This document shows positions 26,201-39,100 of a stretch of DNA of 64,000 bases, in pieces; position 1 is the first letter of the stretch; the number at the start of each line of letters is the position of its first letter. Origin of the DNA: Balanoglossus misakiensis (taxonomy: Eukaryota > Animalia > Hemichordata); the NCBI GenBank assembly GCA_040954595.2, contig CM082578.2, forward strand, positions 15,670,998 through 15,734,997. The letters are read 5' to 3'. The notes under the pieces are model-generated. The model saw only the letters and a list, made by a program, of their open reading frames with translations, had not been told where the DNA came from and did no database searches. Both the position numbers and the translations under genes were made by a program.

Positions 26201-29200
26201 AAAATTTCAGCCAGTGAGAGAACAGACTGAAAGTAGTCCCTAACAACCTGAAACAGATGAGAAAAAGATCTCAAAGCAAGAACATAACTGGTCTTAGAAG
26301 TTGAACAGATCAACCAATGTTATGCGCAAAATATTACATTGGTCTAGTATTAATCAATACTTCACCAACTCTGATATTTTCACAGTTTGAAATAGATGTG
26401 ATAATATACACAGTAAGATCAATTAATTGATGGTAAATATAAAATTTCTAAAACAAGAAAAGATCAACAGACAAAGTATAAATCCAATCATAGGTGAATG
26501 AATTACAGTCATAAAACAGCAGAATAAGCATAGACAGGTAGCGATGACAACACAACTCTTGTGATGTTGAGTTTGTATTCCAGTGAGCGCCTGAAACTTT
26601 ACCTGCGTGTGAGTGCTGAATGTCAAGTGTAACAGTTCTTCATTGAAGTGTCCACTTCTGATCTTATTTCTGACAAGACTTTCCACCACTTTTTTACGAT
26701 TTCCATTGGAGTGTAAGATCAGCAAGACAAAGACATCGATAACCTAAAATTGCAGAACAGAAAATCAAAGGTGCTGTACTGAAAAGTAGAGTGCTCTGAT
26801 GAATTTACACCAAAGACAAATAAAACATTATGGTTGAAAAATAGTTTGCATTTATACTTCAATAAACTCCTCAATATCAAAGGTGAAAATAGAGTGAATA
26901 TGCCCTTTCACATACCTTGTGTTCTGCAGCACTTGACACACTCTCAATGGCTTTAATCCAACCCTCAGCAATACATTTCTGAAATCGGATTGCAGACCTG
27001 ATTGCATCTAGAGTCAAGACTTCATTGCCTTTGTTTGTATCAGAGCTTGATCTACAGACATGTGAGACACAACAATGCTTTTTTAATGCAAGTTACACAA
27101 AATGTGAAAATATTGCCAGGGAATACTACCAGTAAGTATCATCATTTATGTCATATTTCTTGAGACACTGTCCTGTTAATCAATGTACACCACAGAGATG
27201 GCAGGACATTCAAAGACTCCAGTTTTTATACAAACCTATTCCTGTGTCTCTCTTGTGAAGCCGCCTGAGATGTAGACGCAAAGCTGACAGGAAAATCTAA
27301 GTTATTTCTAACATCAGTTATCACCTGCAGTGTGACAAGAAGAATTAAGGAAGATCCAGTTTCATTTGAGGCAGATAATTTTCAGTGGCCAAATGAAATA
27401 CCGGTACATACAATACAAAAAAATATCAAATCTCAGAGTTTGCTCCGATTGAAGAAAATGAATGCAGCAAACCTGTTGAATCCTTCAAATTAAAATATAT
27501 ACTTAAGTTTATCGATTGATATCATTACTAGCCATACCTCCAGAGAATCTGATGGTGTCACTGACTGCATAATGAACTTGACAACCACTGGCAGATCATC
27601 CAATTCAGCTGACGGTAACATCTGAAGTACTGACAATCGGATCTGATATTCAACACAGACGGAAAACAACAAGTCAGAAGTTACCATTCTGCAAATCATC
27701 TGTTAAGATATCAACTGTATAATGCTTGTAACCATGACAATGAGAGATTGAAGACTTACCTCAGCCATCAAATCAGGTCGCAGATTGAGATTCACCAATG
27801 CATCCAGGATAGCCACTGTCAACTGACTACTCTGCTGTAATAAATCTCTGGACGAAAAAAAAAAAAACAGATATTAAAAACAGACCACTTTTATGTCATT
27901 TTTTTACAAACCCCAATTTCACAGAAAGTAAAAATAACACTTATATAAAGTATCCCATGATAATCTTTGCTGAACTTCTACAAGTATGACATGTTTGTAA
28001 CCTTGACTTTCAAGTCACACAATGTCTGTTCCATTCAAATATTTTGGCGGAATTACTTGTATAACACTCACTTAAGTTGGTTTGCTACATCACCATGTTG
28101 GCAATCTTCCACAACTTCCGGAATACATGTGATAATTTCCCTCTGGATCTCCAACGATGTAATACCGATTACTTCAAACATTTTATCGACCAGATCCTGT
28201 GAATTGGGAAAGATTTCATCAACGAATGTCATTACTGTGTACTACAATATTGAACTGATCTGTCCAGCAGACTACTTCACTGACTTCAGACATGAGTGTT
28301 TCAGTCCAATTTATACACAGTGTAAAGTCACACAGTATACACATGTTGACTGGTCATGAGGGCAACAGCATACGTCTGTAACCCAAGGGACAGTGGGTCA
28401 CCCCCCCCCCCCCACCTCCCGAGGCCGACATTGTGACATTGACATTGTATGTACCATGTATCTGGTATGGCATACATACTGTGTTGCAATGACATACACT
28501 AATATTAATTGTAATATGCAGGGGCTATTGCACGAGTTTCTCACCTTACTTTTCACAATACGATCTAACCATCTGAACTGGTTCATTATCATATGTGGTA
28601 TGTTGACTGCATCACTCTGATCAAATATGTCACTAAAAATGAAACAAAACAAAACAAACAGGTACACATTAGATCAATGATAATTTCTAGAATTCAAGAC
28701 ATGCTTCATGGCTGTCTGAGCATAAGTAACATTTATCATCGATCGGTCTGTAGTCACGTACAGGTCAAGACAAGCGAAATCATTAAAACCATATAGCCTT
28801 AAACATGTACAATAATGCAACTTACTCTTCTACTGTGAATTCTGGGAGTTTTTCTAACAGCAGATTGGCAAGTGTGGGCTGAGTAAAGAATGGACAAATA
28901 TGAACACTGTCAGATACTCAGCACTGCCAACTGAAAGTAATCCTCAACCGAAGACTGTTTTGTCATACAAACTTTAACACAAATGAATTTCTAAATAAAG
29001 CAATCATTGAAGTTGAGGAAATCACATTGAAATGGCACATGGACAAATTAATTGTATTGGCCAGTGTTCACACAGTATGTAGAGAAATGTGTAATTGACT
29101 CAAATTTGCAGAATTAAATGAGATGCACACATTTTAAGATCTAGGCTAGGAAAAACATTTGAATGTACGATAGACAAATCAAAATTATATACCTGGAGAA

Positions 29201-30617
29201 GATCGATTCCAAGAAGCATTTTAATCATGCTATCCTGAGTGGGCCCTCTAGCACTGAAACATAAAGGAAATTAATAAATTAGTGTCAGTTTGAGATGATG
29301 TACAGTTGTAGTCATATCTCACTCCAAAATGTTAGAAACCATTTCATACCATATTTCGCTTCTCATAACACAGTGTACTGACTGTTTACTATCCAATTAT
29401 CAGTGGCTGCCAACAGTTTTGAAATGGGCAATGGTCACTATGACAACTCACTTTAGACAGACTTACCTATCACACTCACTGGATGTCACTGTTTGAAGCA
29501 AGCTGTACTTCAATCTGAAGAGAGACAAAAATCCAGACAATTGCTGTGAGGATTGTTTCATTAGATGACATGGCAGTGACTATTTATTTCTTGCTTGTAA
29601 ATGTTTGTTTACAAATGTATTAATTTTACCCCCCCCCCCCCCCCCCCCCCCCCAATGTATGAACATGCGGGCTAATATTAATAATAGAAAGTGCAACTAG
29701 CCTGCACTAAAATATTACCTGACAGGATCTTCTTGGTGGCTTTGTAACGCCATGGCAAATTCCTCTATGACCTTCAAAGAAATAATGAAAGTGCAACTAA
29801 TACAAGTGCAGTTCAAATAAATGTATGTAAACTCTGTGCTTTCCAGCATAATGTAAAGTCTTCTTACAGCTCAACACAAAGTTTACAACGCCCAGATGTA
29901 CAGAATTCTGTTCTTTTGGAACACCTAATCATTTTCTGAACATGAATTTACCATTTGTGTAATTTCCATATACAACTTGTGACAACACAGAGGTAAGATA
30001 CTTACCTCAGGATATTCATTGTGTCTTTTTAATCCTTTGGTCAAATCTCTCTGAAAGACAGACTGGTCAACATCTGTAAAAAAATAATTTCTATCAGTCA
30101 GTAAGAAAATGACTTAAATCCAGGTATACTGTCATCTAATTTTTGATGGTAAATACAAACATTCTGTACATACATTCATGTTCGTGTCAAAACTTCAGAG
30201 TATTAGGGATAAAATTGTACCCACTTATTTGATTTGGTGTATCGCCCGTCATAAGAACAAATCCAGCTTGTTTCATCAGTTGACCAAAGACAGAATTATC
30301 CTCCAACTCTCTTGTCTCTTGATGCTGGCCATTTTCATGTCTTTTGCGAAACTTTTTGCCTGGAATCAAGTCAGCATACAATAAACATTAACAGATGTAC
30401 CACAAGGCAACAAACAAGAAATGGTCACTTTATGAAGAAAACAAACCACAAGAGCTTCAGTAAGTAAATTTTTTCCATCAAATATGACTTTCATTCACAA
30501 TAACCATTTCTTTGGCTACTTGTCAGGTAAATTCTTCAACTTACCAGTTGCTGTACTCTCACTTTCCTTCCCAGCATCTGACGATCTTCGTCTTTTCCTT
30601 ACTTTGGTTTTTGCCAT
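17227..30617 (-). CDS. FANCD2: Fanconi anemia group D2 protein, 37 coding exons, about 1462 aa
   Basis: Exons (minus): 30545-30617, 30225-30359, 30006-30073, 29719-29771, 29467-29514, 29193-29253, 28826-28878, 28545-28632, 28072-28196, 27760-27847, 27538-27642, 27236-27324, 26916-27051, 26603-26743, 26113-26247, 25763-25894, 25523-25630, 25081-25272, 24691-24810, 24472-24548, 24077-24226, 23565-23781, 23239-23347, 22953-23073, 22578-22821, 21120-21236, 20764-20892, 20261-20379, 19858-19971, 19543-19670, 19201-19300, 18805-18933, 18455-18659, 18082-18231, 17810-17956, 17504-17602, 17227-17310 (4389 nt, phases consistent). Motifs: [86 protein letters not shown], acidic tail. Confidence 0.97.
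20167..20250. mobile_element. Short degenerate piggyBac-like MITE in a FANCD2 intron
   Basis: Imperfect terminal inverted repeats accatttcacccccat / atggtggtgaaagggt, with a TTAA at the right end. Similar termini at 16566-16578 (gttgaaagggttaa) and 49891 (ttaaccctcaccac). Confidence 0.45.
21637..21671 (+). promoter_or_regulatory. TATA box and initiator of the nested gene
   Basis: TATATAAG at 21637-21644, an Inr-like CCATTG about 30 nt downstream (21666-21671), and ATG at 21687. Confidence 0.65.
21687..22236 (+). CDS. Nested antisense gene: 128-aa secreted, Met-rich coiled-coil protein of unknown family
   Basis: Exons 21687-21977 (GTAAGT donor, phase 0) and 22141-22236 (ttttgctggcag acceptor, TGA stop). 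AATAAA at 22327. Protein: [128 protein letters not shown]. Lies wholly within FANCD2 intron 21237-22577. Confidence 0.85.
24647..24670. repeat. (AG)n microsatellite
   Basis: Direct reading; lies in a FANCD2 intron. Confidence 0.9.
25246..25248 (-). other. FANCD2: Codon for the FANCD2 monoubiquitinated lysine (about K555; human K561 equivalent)
   Basis: AAA codon within [13 protein letters not shown], the conserved FANCL/UBE2T target context. Confidence 0.9.
29627..29653. repeat. Poly-C/poly-G tract
   Basis: About 27 consecutive C in a FANCD2 intron. Confidence 0.9.
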
Positions 30618-30779
30618 GATGATGGAGTCACAATTCTATCTGTCTTGGATAAATTCTGCTAATAGATAGACAGGTTTGTGTCAATGTAAACTATGGAGCC
30701 TCTGAATCTTTTACAGATTGCTTCTGATGCATTGCTTACAAGTTTCTTAAAAGTTTCTGACACGTTTCTGACAAAATCC

Positions 30780-31194
30780 AGGGGGGGGGGGGGTCACTTA
30801 AATTTTGAAATCCAAAAGGGGGTTCATCTTTCTTTTAAACGTTTATGGGGGGGGGGGTCACATACTTTTGCCACCAAACTTTTGCTCTTGAGTCCACAAA
30901 ATTGCAGTTTCGCGCCCCACCGATGCTTACTTTGATTGGAGTGACAAAAGTAAAATTGGTCCTCCCAAGCATTAAATTAATTTGCTTTTGTGTTCATTAA
31001 AATGCAACTTTGAGCTCCATATTTTACCAAAAAAAATTATGTGCGAGGGGAACACCCCCTCCCACACCCACCCCCTCCACTTTTCTATTGTACTGACTTG
31101 TCATTTTATTCATAGCTTTCTTTATTGCAACGATTGAAAACCGATGACACAAACTTGCCCCCCCCCCCCCCGCCGTAAAAACTGAACGGTCCCT
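30780..31194. mobile_element. G/C-tract-rich non-autonomous DNA transposon remnant in the FANCD2 5'UTR intron
   Basis: Several G and C runs. The right end cgccgtaaaaactgaacggtccct followed by aa resembles Harbinger-type MITE termini. The left terminus is not clearly resolved. Confidence 0.4.
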
Positions 31195-31669
31195 AAGGAC
31201 TGCAGCAAATCAGGAAGTAGAGTAATAACCAATCAAAGTAAACTACTTTTAAACCAATCAGATTTCAACCAATCAGATTCAACCAAACAGATTTTATACT
31301 TCTGTGAATAGGAATTTCCCTCTTTGCGTTGCTCATTGGTGCCTGAGGTCCCAGCTTACAAAAGTCAACATGCGCAAATCGAATCCAAATCATAACTCGC
31401 AGAGGATTTAGCAAACGGCTGAATAAGCATCACTCTGACTCAGATCTGAACTGTCAAAGTCTGCGCCCTGGCATCTCATAAAGTACAACAGACCTCCACG
31501 GCACGGCTATATTGACCTGGATTGCCCACAATATCCTCCCCAACAAGATGATGCTTCAACTTTCAAGTTCAACCAAAATACTTCGCCCAGTAACTTCCCT
31601 GGGGCTAAAGCCTATAAACTTGATCGATTTAGAGACATTTACGTCAATAGTAAATTGCCAGTTACTTAC

Positions 31670-32180
31670 GAACTGTCGTTTGTCGTTAGCTGTCTTCGTT
31701 AAACAATACAACGCGACGTCTTCGTTGACAATTTTCTCGAAATTACGTGAACGGTGAATGACCGGATACTTATATCTTATTCTTACGCCATCTTTGTTTT
31801 TCCCGCCAGATGCAAATAACAGCTTACCGATGACCCCCGAGTTCAGTCTGTTTTCCCCTTTTCTTAATCTTTTATTTACAATCCATTAATCGTGATAATG
31901 AATTATAATGTGAACCACGGTACATTGTATCATATTCGAAGAAAGAATATTTTTGCGATCAAAGAACTTAGCAAAGGTCAAACGTCAAAGTTCATTTATC
32001 CACCCGCTGAGGGCGCGATAACACTCAATGGAAACAAGCTGAGCTCAGCTGGCTCAGGACGTACGAAGTTGTAAATAAAATGTGTTGACCACAGTTGAAA
32101 TCTGCGAATGCTGCTATGGTGCCCCCATGAGTTCAAGAAGCAAGGATTCAGAAGAACCAGAAAAGTTCTGAGATAAGAAA
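31670..32180. promoter_or_regulatory. FANCD2/CDPF1 bidirectional promoter, including a probable non-coding FANCD2 exon 1
   Basis: CpG-rich. Minus-strand GTAAGT donor at 31669-31664. YY1 motif cgccatctt at 31786-31794 abuts the E2F motif ttttcccgcc at 31798-31807. Confidence 0.65.
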
Positions 32181-33175
32181 ATGGAGGCGCCTGCTGCCAA
32201 CCGTGGCCGTGGGGAGAAATCAAGGAAAATAGGAACTTTCATTTGTGAACTTTGTAATCTACAAGCCCAGTACGATTTCTTCGGAAAGTCGCCCCCGTTT
32301 ACAAGGTCGATCATGTGCGTAACTTTGCGAAATAGATGGAAGTGCAAGTTCGTGTCTGAACTATTCATAAGTTCCCGAGGGGAAACAGTTTTTGTCAAAA
32401 AGTGCCTCCAACCCTAGCTGCAATGATTGTAGGGGGTGCTTCTAGGTTGAGTTGTGTGTTTGCTACAATCATTGCAGCTACTCCAATCCATACAAATATA
32501 TCTCCCGACAGGGAGGTTTGTACGATCAAGAAAATATCTCAGAGTTTGAACAAATTGCCTTGCACATCGTTGCAACTGCAACTAGTTAGTAATTCGGCAA
32601 AGTATCTTTTTCACCATTGCAGATTAATGGAAGATGCTTTTGTTATGAGAGATCCGTTCTCGTCTGAAAGAAAGATTCTGATTCTTGGTTCTCATTGTTC
32701 ACACTGCAATAAAGTGATTTGTGTCGGCCAGGTATGTCATTTCTTACTGCTTCTTTGAATTGCCTTCCTGTTTCTAAAAATCACACAACAGTCTACCATT
32801 CTATATCCCATTTGTGATATTTGACCCTAAACTTAGAAGTTTATAGCCTCTTGAAATCAGTCCCACTTGATAGACATTATAATACTGTATGTACATTTCA
32901 ATCGTTTTCAGGGATGCAGTGTATTTTACACCAAAAGATTCTGTCTTCCCTGTGTTCAGGATAACATTGATGAGTTTCCCCCAGAGATTCAGCAGGTAAG
33001 GTAGAATTTTTCTCTCTGATATAATCGTTGGCTATGATGGTTTGGTGTTCGTTCCAATTGTTGTTTTCGGTAGTAGGAATAAATAAAATGGCCAAGCAAA
33101 AATTATGTTTGATGTAAATCAATATTTACAACTTTCTTTCAGGAACTTGCAAAGAAATCATCTCAAGATACTTGA
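32181..33175 (+). CDS. CDPF1: Cysteine-rich DPF motif domain-containing protein 1, 119 aa
   Basis: Exons 32181-32314, 32623-32731, 32912-32995, 33143-33175 (360 nt). Translation includes FICELCNLQAQYDFFGKSPPF...LMEDAFVMRDPFS...LILGSHCSHCNKVICVGQGCSVFYTKRFCLPCV...FPPEIQQE. AATAAA at 33438. Confidence 0.93.
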
Positions 33176-36100
33176 CAAAGGCTGCCTGGTTCCCGATGCC
33201 CTTACCATGTGAAGGCTACTCTTTTATCATAGTTCAGTGCCCACTTTCATTTTTGCAGGAACTTATCCTCCAGAACCAGTATAGCGCCCCCATGGGTCCA
33301 TTTCAGATCTGCTTTTCTGGAGACAAACTAGACTACTTGCAATGACTGTAATTATTGAAACACAGTTTAGGAAGAAAGCAAACAGATATATGAACAGAAG
33401 AGAAAAACTGGAGTCCAATGACAGCATTCATTCTTGAAATAAATATGTACAATTTATTGAAAAAAAGTCCAACAGACATAGTACAGTCAAGTTCAAACAC
33501 AACTTTACACCAAATGGAGAGAAGTAATCTTTGCAAGTGACACAAGCCTCAAAGGGAAAGATACAAGCATTCAATGTATGAAAAGCAAAGCAAAGCTATT
33601 AAAATAAGATTATATAGCCCCTCTTGTATTCATATCTGCATGCAGTCTGGTAATACACGTGTGATTAAGCTCCACTGAAACAAGTATGTGAAAACATTCA
33701 TATGATTTCAATAGAAATCAAAACATTGTAAATATTTTACACATACTGATCATGTGAGATGGATTGGATCTTTAATAGTGAAGACATTGATACACAAGCC
33801 AATCAAATGTATTCTCCACATGGACAGAAATGAACTGATATAGATCTGCTGGTAACAGATACTGTTGCTTGCTCTGAAACTGTCCAGCACAAGGGGGCTA
33901 GGAATACAGCAAAGCCTTGGTGGCTTTGTGTAGAATATCTCTCCCTGATTCCCAGTAAAGCTTTCCAGATAAAAAAAAAGAAATGATTCAATAAATACAG
34001 CGAGGAAACAAAAGCAATGTCACTTTGTGCATTTTGTATGTGTGTATATGTACTTTCAAAGTGTGTGTTCACCTGCAGTGCTAACCAATAAAATTCATCC
34101 TATACATAATATGCAAATGAACAAAAAATATGCAAATAATGTAAGTATGACAAGGCTTACAGTGAAGGAAATTGAGCAGATCCTGTGTGAGGCTGTCATT
34201 GTACACTTGATAAGCAACATCTACATGGCCCTATCTTGGTGAATTGCACTTAAAATTCAATTCCCCATATTCTGAAAGGAATAAGATTATCTGTGTACTG
34301 CATTTTGAAAGTACAATGTACTACACCAAGAAAGGTTTTCTACAAACTACCTGATATATAATTGTTGACCTCTGACCTCTAACCCCATGACACCTATAGT
34401 TTCTACTCAAAACAATGTGATTGCATGAAATCACATCAGTCATTTTTCACCCATAATACTTTGACATAGAGAAGTAAAAAGTCTCATATTGAAGTTCGGT
34501 TTACAAGCTGTGCCATGCTGTGCATTCAACTCTATCTACCCCATCAACAACTGCTTCTGTTAAAAACCATCTAAAGTTTGTTTTTAAAAAAATCTTACAG
34601 CTTGGAAAAATTTCTGAAATTCTCCCGTATCTTCAAAACACATACAGGTGCCTTCTACTTTGAAACACACGTGATAGAAAATAAAAACCCAATAAAAGTT
34701 CATTGAATCACCAGTGGCATTTTTTGGCTGTTGCTGTATTTGCAAAATGCAATGGCAAAATGTCCACACGCCATGATGCTCTTCATTTCTCTGTGATTTG
34801 TTGAATAAGTTCAACAGGATCAGGTCTGTCACTATCAAAGATCTCTCAAATCTTATTTTCATTATTGATACTGTAATGCAGTAATCCCTGCCAAAAAATG
34901 ACCTCTTCAATATTCTGCACAGAACATTCTACAATGCAGCTACAGCTGTGGTTTTCAAGATCAGTTTTCTAATTAAAATTGCATTAGAAAACCTTTTTTT
35001 ATTTTTCCTTTACTTTTGAAAAGGTAAAGCAATTTGTAAATTGGACAGACACACTGGTGATTTGGTGAATATTTCAGATATTCTCATCTGTTTTGCCGAC
35101 GGTAAAACCCTCAGTTTTCTGTAAAAAAATCACACACAAACAAAAGCCCACCTTAAAATTGACCAGAACAATATCGTAAAAGATAGAAAGTCACATAGCA
35201 GCATACATGGTACATTGGCATGAGTTTGGCATACGCTAGATATAATACTGCAACTTGACATACACTATCTTACAATAATCATTCATGTAATTATTTTGTC
35301 CTTTTTTATAAAAAAAAGAAAAGAAAAATGGTCCTGACATGCATCAATTGAAAAAGAAAAAAACTTGTTTGACTAAAAACTAATTCACATTTCACCTTTG
35401 GTGATAGAGTGGGACTGTGGCATAAACTACAGCTTGAAGTTTCAAGCACCAATGATTGAAATCTCAACAGATCGGGTCTCTCTCCCATTAGAATGAAATA
35501 GAACCTGGCCATGAACAGCTGGCTTGGTCAATCAGGCTGACAAAATGCATCTCATTGAAACGTACATGTACATTGATTATGTGTATCTGTGCTAACTTCA
35601 GAAGTTGAACTTGAACTTACTGGAATATCTAACACAATCTGGCTGGCAACGTTTACCCCACAGTAGATATGGTTAGGGCTGACACATCCTAACATCTAAA
35701 CTTTCTTCTCCAAAACCTCTACAGAAATAGCAGGCAAGTAGACAGGTCATTTAAGACCATCATCATAGATTTTACAAAGTTTTATCCATATTACATTTTT
35801 TGTGATATTTTTTATGTGTTTTTTAATCAAAAATTCCAACATAATATCATGTAAACACCAACTTAAACGTATTAGGCCAATGGTGTGCATAAACTTGAGC
35901 CAATAAAATCCCCTTAATGTACCTGAGTTTCACCCATGTATCCAACCTCCTCACCCCTAAGTCTAAAAGAATGTTTCTTCCCCTCTACATGTATATAAAC
36001 CGATGGGATTATTCCATAAGTAACCACGGGGGTGAGAGGTTACAACATTTGTCCACAGAACATTTGGCTTTAATACTGAAGACACTCTTTTCTTAAGGAA

Positions 36101-39100
36101 CATGCTCTACTTCTTATTTCACTTTTTGACATTTTCCAGCAAAAAGCACACTCGTCTTTTGCTATGCATGAGAGTTGTTATAAGACAGCATCTATCTTTT
36201 GGTGATAATTTCACTATTTTGGTCAGTGCAACACTTGCAGTTTTTAGTTTCTTGTATATTCAGTGAAGCATGTTTTTGGTGATTTTTTCAAATACATTTT
36301 GTCTATTTTTGTACCAAGAATTTAAATATTTTGCATGTCATGGAGAGTAATATAAATGTATAATTCTACACAGACTTTACTATTAAAGGCAGGAATTCAC
36401 AGAATATTGCAAGGGGGTAAAAGTCACACTGACTTGGCATCAACCTATCAAAACATGGCTTGCACAAAAGTTGTGTTTATCTGGTTGACTCGGACAATGT
36501 CCAATAAACAATGGAATGTGTAGTTTTGAATTCAAAAATGCTGAGAGGGAGCAGTGTTTCTTTATCATAAACAACACAGATACCCCATGCACTACTTTCT
36601 GGTGTTGAAAATCTTGGTGTAACGTATTTGTGTTTCTGAAATAAACAAACGCAGACAGAGAATTTCTGGCTTTCATCCATTGACATCTGAGAAGAACCGT
36701 CATCTGAATATGGTTACATGTTTCAAGTGAATGATACTTTTGAAACTGCCCAAGTATGGCATGCAGCAATGCCCCCCAAGTATTTCTGTACACAGAACAT
36801 CTCCAGAAAAACTATCATTGCAGTACTATTAGTTTGGTCACACTGGTTTTAGTCCAGTGCACTTCCCAATCAGCTTCAATTCAAGTCTCAACACTGATAT
36901 CAAAAAATCTGAAGAGCTGAAATCTGAGGGTCGTTTTTGTTATTGTTAGGTATCTTTTCTGGGAATTAGTTGGTTGTGCTGTAGAGCACACTGTGGTTGT
37001 GGACATTAATTGATAAAAAAACCCAGGGAAGAGATTAGCGAATGTTAAATTTTGGATTCACTGAAATTGATTAGAGTAATAGCACCAACAAGAACTCTGA
37101 ATTTGAACACTGCTCTCTCTCAGTATAAACACTTGTATCTACAGCTTAAAAGTGCAAACGTGCAATTTGTACAAATATTATTCATCTAAATTTAACAAAT
37201 ATTTCAACCATTTGCAAAATGTGTGAAATATTGATTCATAAAAGTGTTTGCATTCGACAGAAAATCTCATGAAACCTAAAACAATTGCTAAAATCTTGTG
37301 AGTTGTAGGAGAATGAAGTTCAAACTGACAATGGGTAACATGCAACACAAAATCTGTTGCATGTCTTCAGGCAAATTCACATATGAATCAGTTTAGTCCA
37401 AATATTGGCTTTTTGGTCAAATTTACCACATTTTTCCAGAGGCATGTACATACTATAGATGGGAGCACTACCAACAATACATTGCAACTAAGTCTCACAA
37501 AACTTTGCATCAAAATTATTTCAGCGGGGACAGTTTTTTGCATAGATTTATGTTCTTTTTGTTCAAAACCAGCGTCACACACAATCTGATTAGCCGAAAC
37601 CTCTGTGATAAGTTACATCTGCCATATTCCATGTCACCCATCAGACACGTTACTAACTAACTTTTCTGCCATTTGCTTGTATATCTGACATGTCACTTGT
37701 AACTCCGATATACCTGTCAAGTTCCTTTCGACCTAGATATAGCTATAAGGTCGACAGTAGGTCAGATATCTGCCATGCCACGTCTCTTGGCAGCCGATCA
37801 CAAAACCCACTCAGTCAACAGTTATGAGGCATTACTGTTTTGCTTCAAATCAGACACAATTACTTTTAAACATCCAACTCAGTGGCAGACTCAAATATCA
37901 GCATCTTGATGAATAAGTTTTACGAGTGTAATAAATATTAATAAATAGCATTTATCTTTGATAAGTGAGATCAGCCCTGATTATCTATATACAAACTGAA
38001 TGACAAGCTACTTAGAGGCAATGATTTCCAACCAAAGCATTTGCCTGATAGCAATGAGTGTGTTTCTCTTTCAGATGAAGGACAAAGAGATCTGTACAGC
38101 GAGTGGTAGCTGAGAGTTCAGTATCCATTCTGCGACTGACTTCACAAACAGCACCCCCTCCTGTCTGTCTGGGTAACATTGCACAGTCCTTCCACTGTGA
38201 TTACGTTTATTGCAACCTCACTCTTTTTTTATAGAATCAATCCAGAGCTCATAAAATTAACCAGCATTAGCTGCACGCTGATCTGATTTGTCTACATTAC
38301 AGATTGGGTTCAGTGCAGTTAATCCAATTTGACATCATTTTGCCTTCCAATAATTCTGATCAGACTGATGACATGGCAGACAAGACTACACAGCTACATC
38401 ATCGCTCTCATGGACATCTCTCATTACTCTCTGATGGAGGCAATTTCAACAGCCGGGAAACGACACCAACAAAACTGTTCCACAAGCCAATAGGCCCACT
38501 CCGAGATAAAATGTCTCACACAGACTACAGCAGTGTTCTATGGAAAACAGACATGGGATAAGCCATGGGACAGCGATACAAATAAACAGCAGGTTCATAG
38601 GAATACACATACTTCTATGGCCACTTTTCACACATGGTTTTTGCTTGTACCACGATATGTTTGAATTCTGTGTTTTACCCACTGGTTATATGCAAAGTTC
38701 TGAGAGGCAGTGGGACCACCAGTAGCACGGCGCTGATTAAGACTAATTGAAAACCTAATTGGCATCGGTAAAATCTACCATCAAATCACCTTGATTGCAT
38801 CAAATTATCTCCTGCATGAAGGTCACTGTGAACTATCTACCACGACAAATCTGACTAAAATAAAAAGTATTTTACACAGGTGAGGTAAGTAGTGCATAAA
38901 AAATGGCTACAAACTGCAACGAAAAGGCTACATTCTGTGTATCTGCCTATATACTCTGCTACACTCTCATAAATGACCATTTCAATGTGATGACTTTTGT
39001 CCCCGGACAGAAAAATATGAGTTTATACAAAAACAATGATTGTTGAAGAAAAGACCCTCCTTGACAACAGCTTTTGGATAAAACTTCTCCATCATTCTCG

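Noticed and set aside
33176-33300. CDPF1 TGA as selenocysteine or readthrough
   Set aside because: The protein is already complete relative to the family, and no SECIS-like hairpin is apparent.
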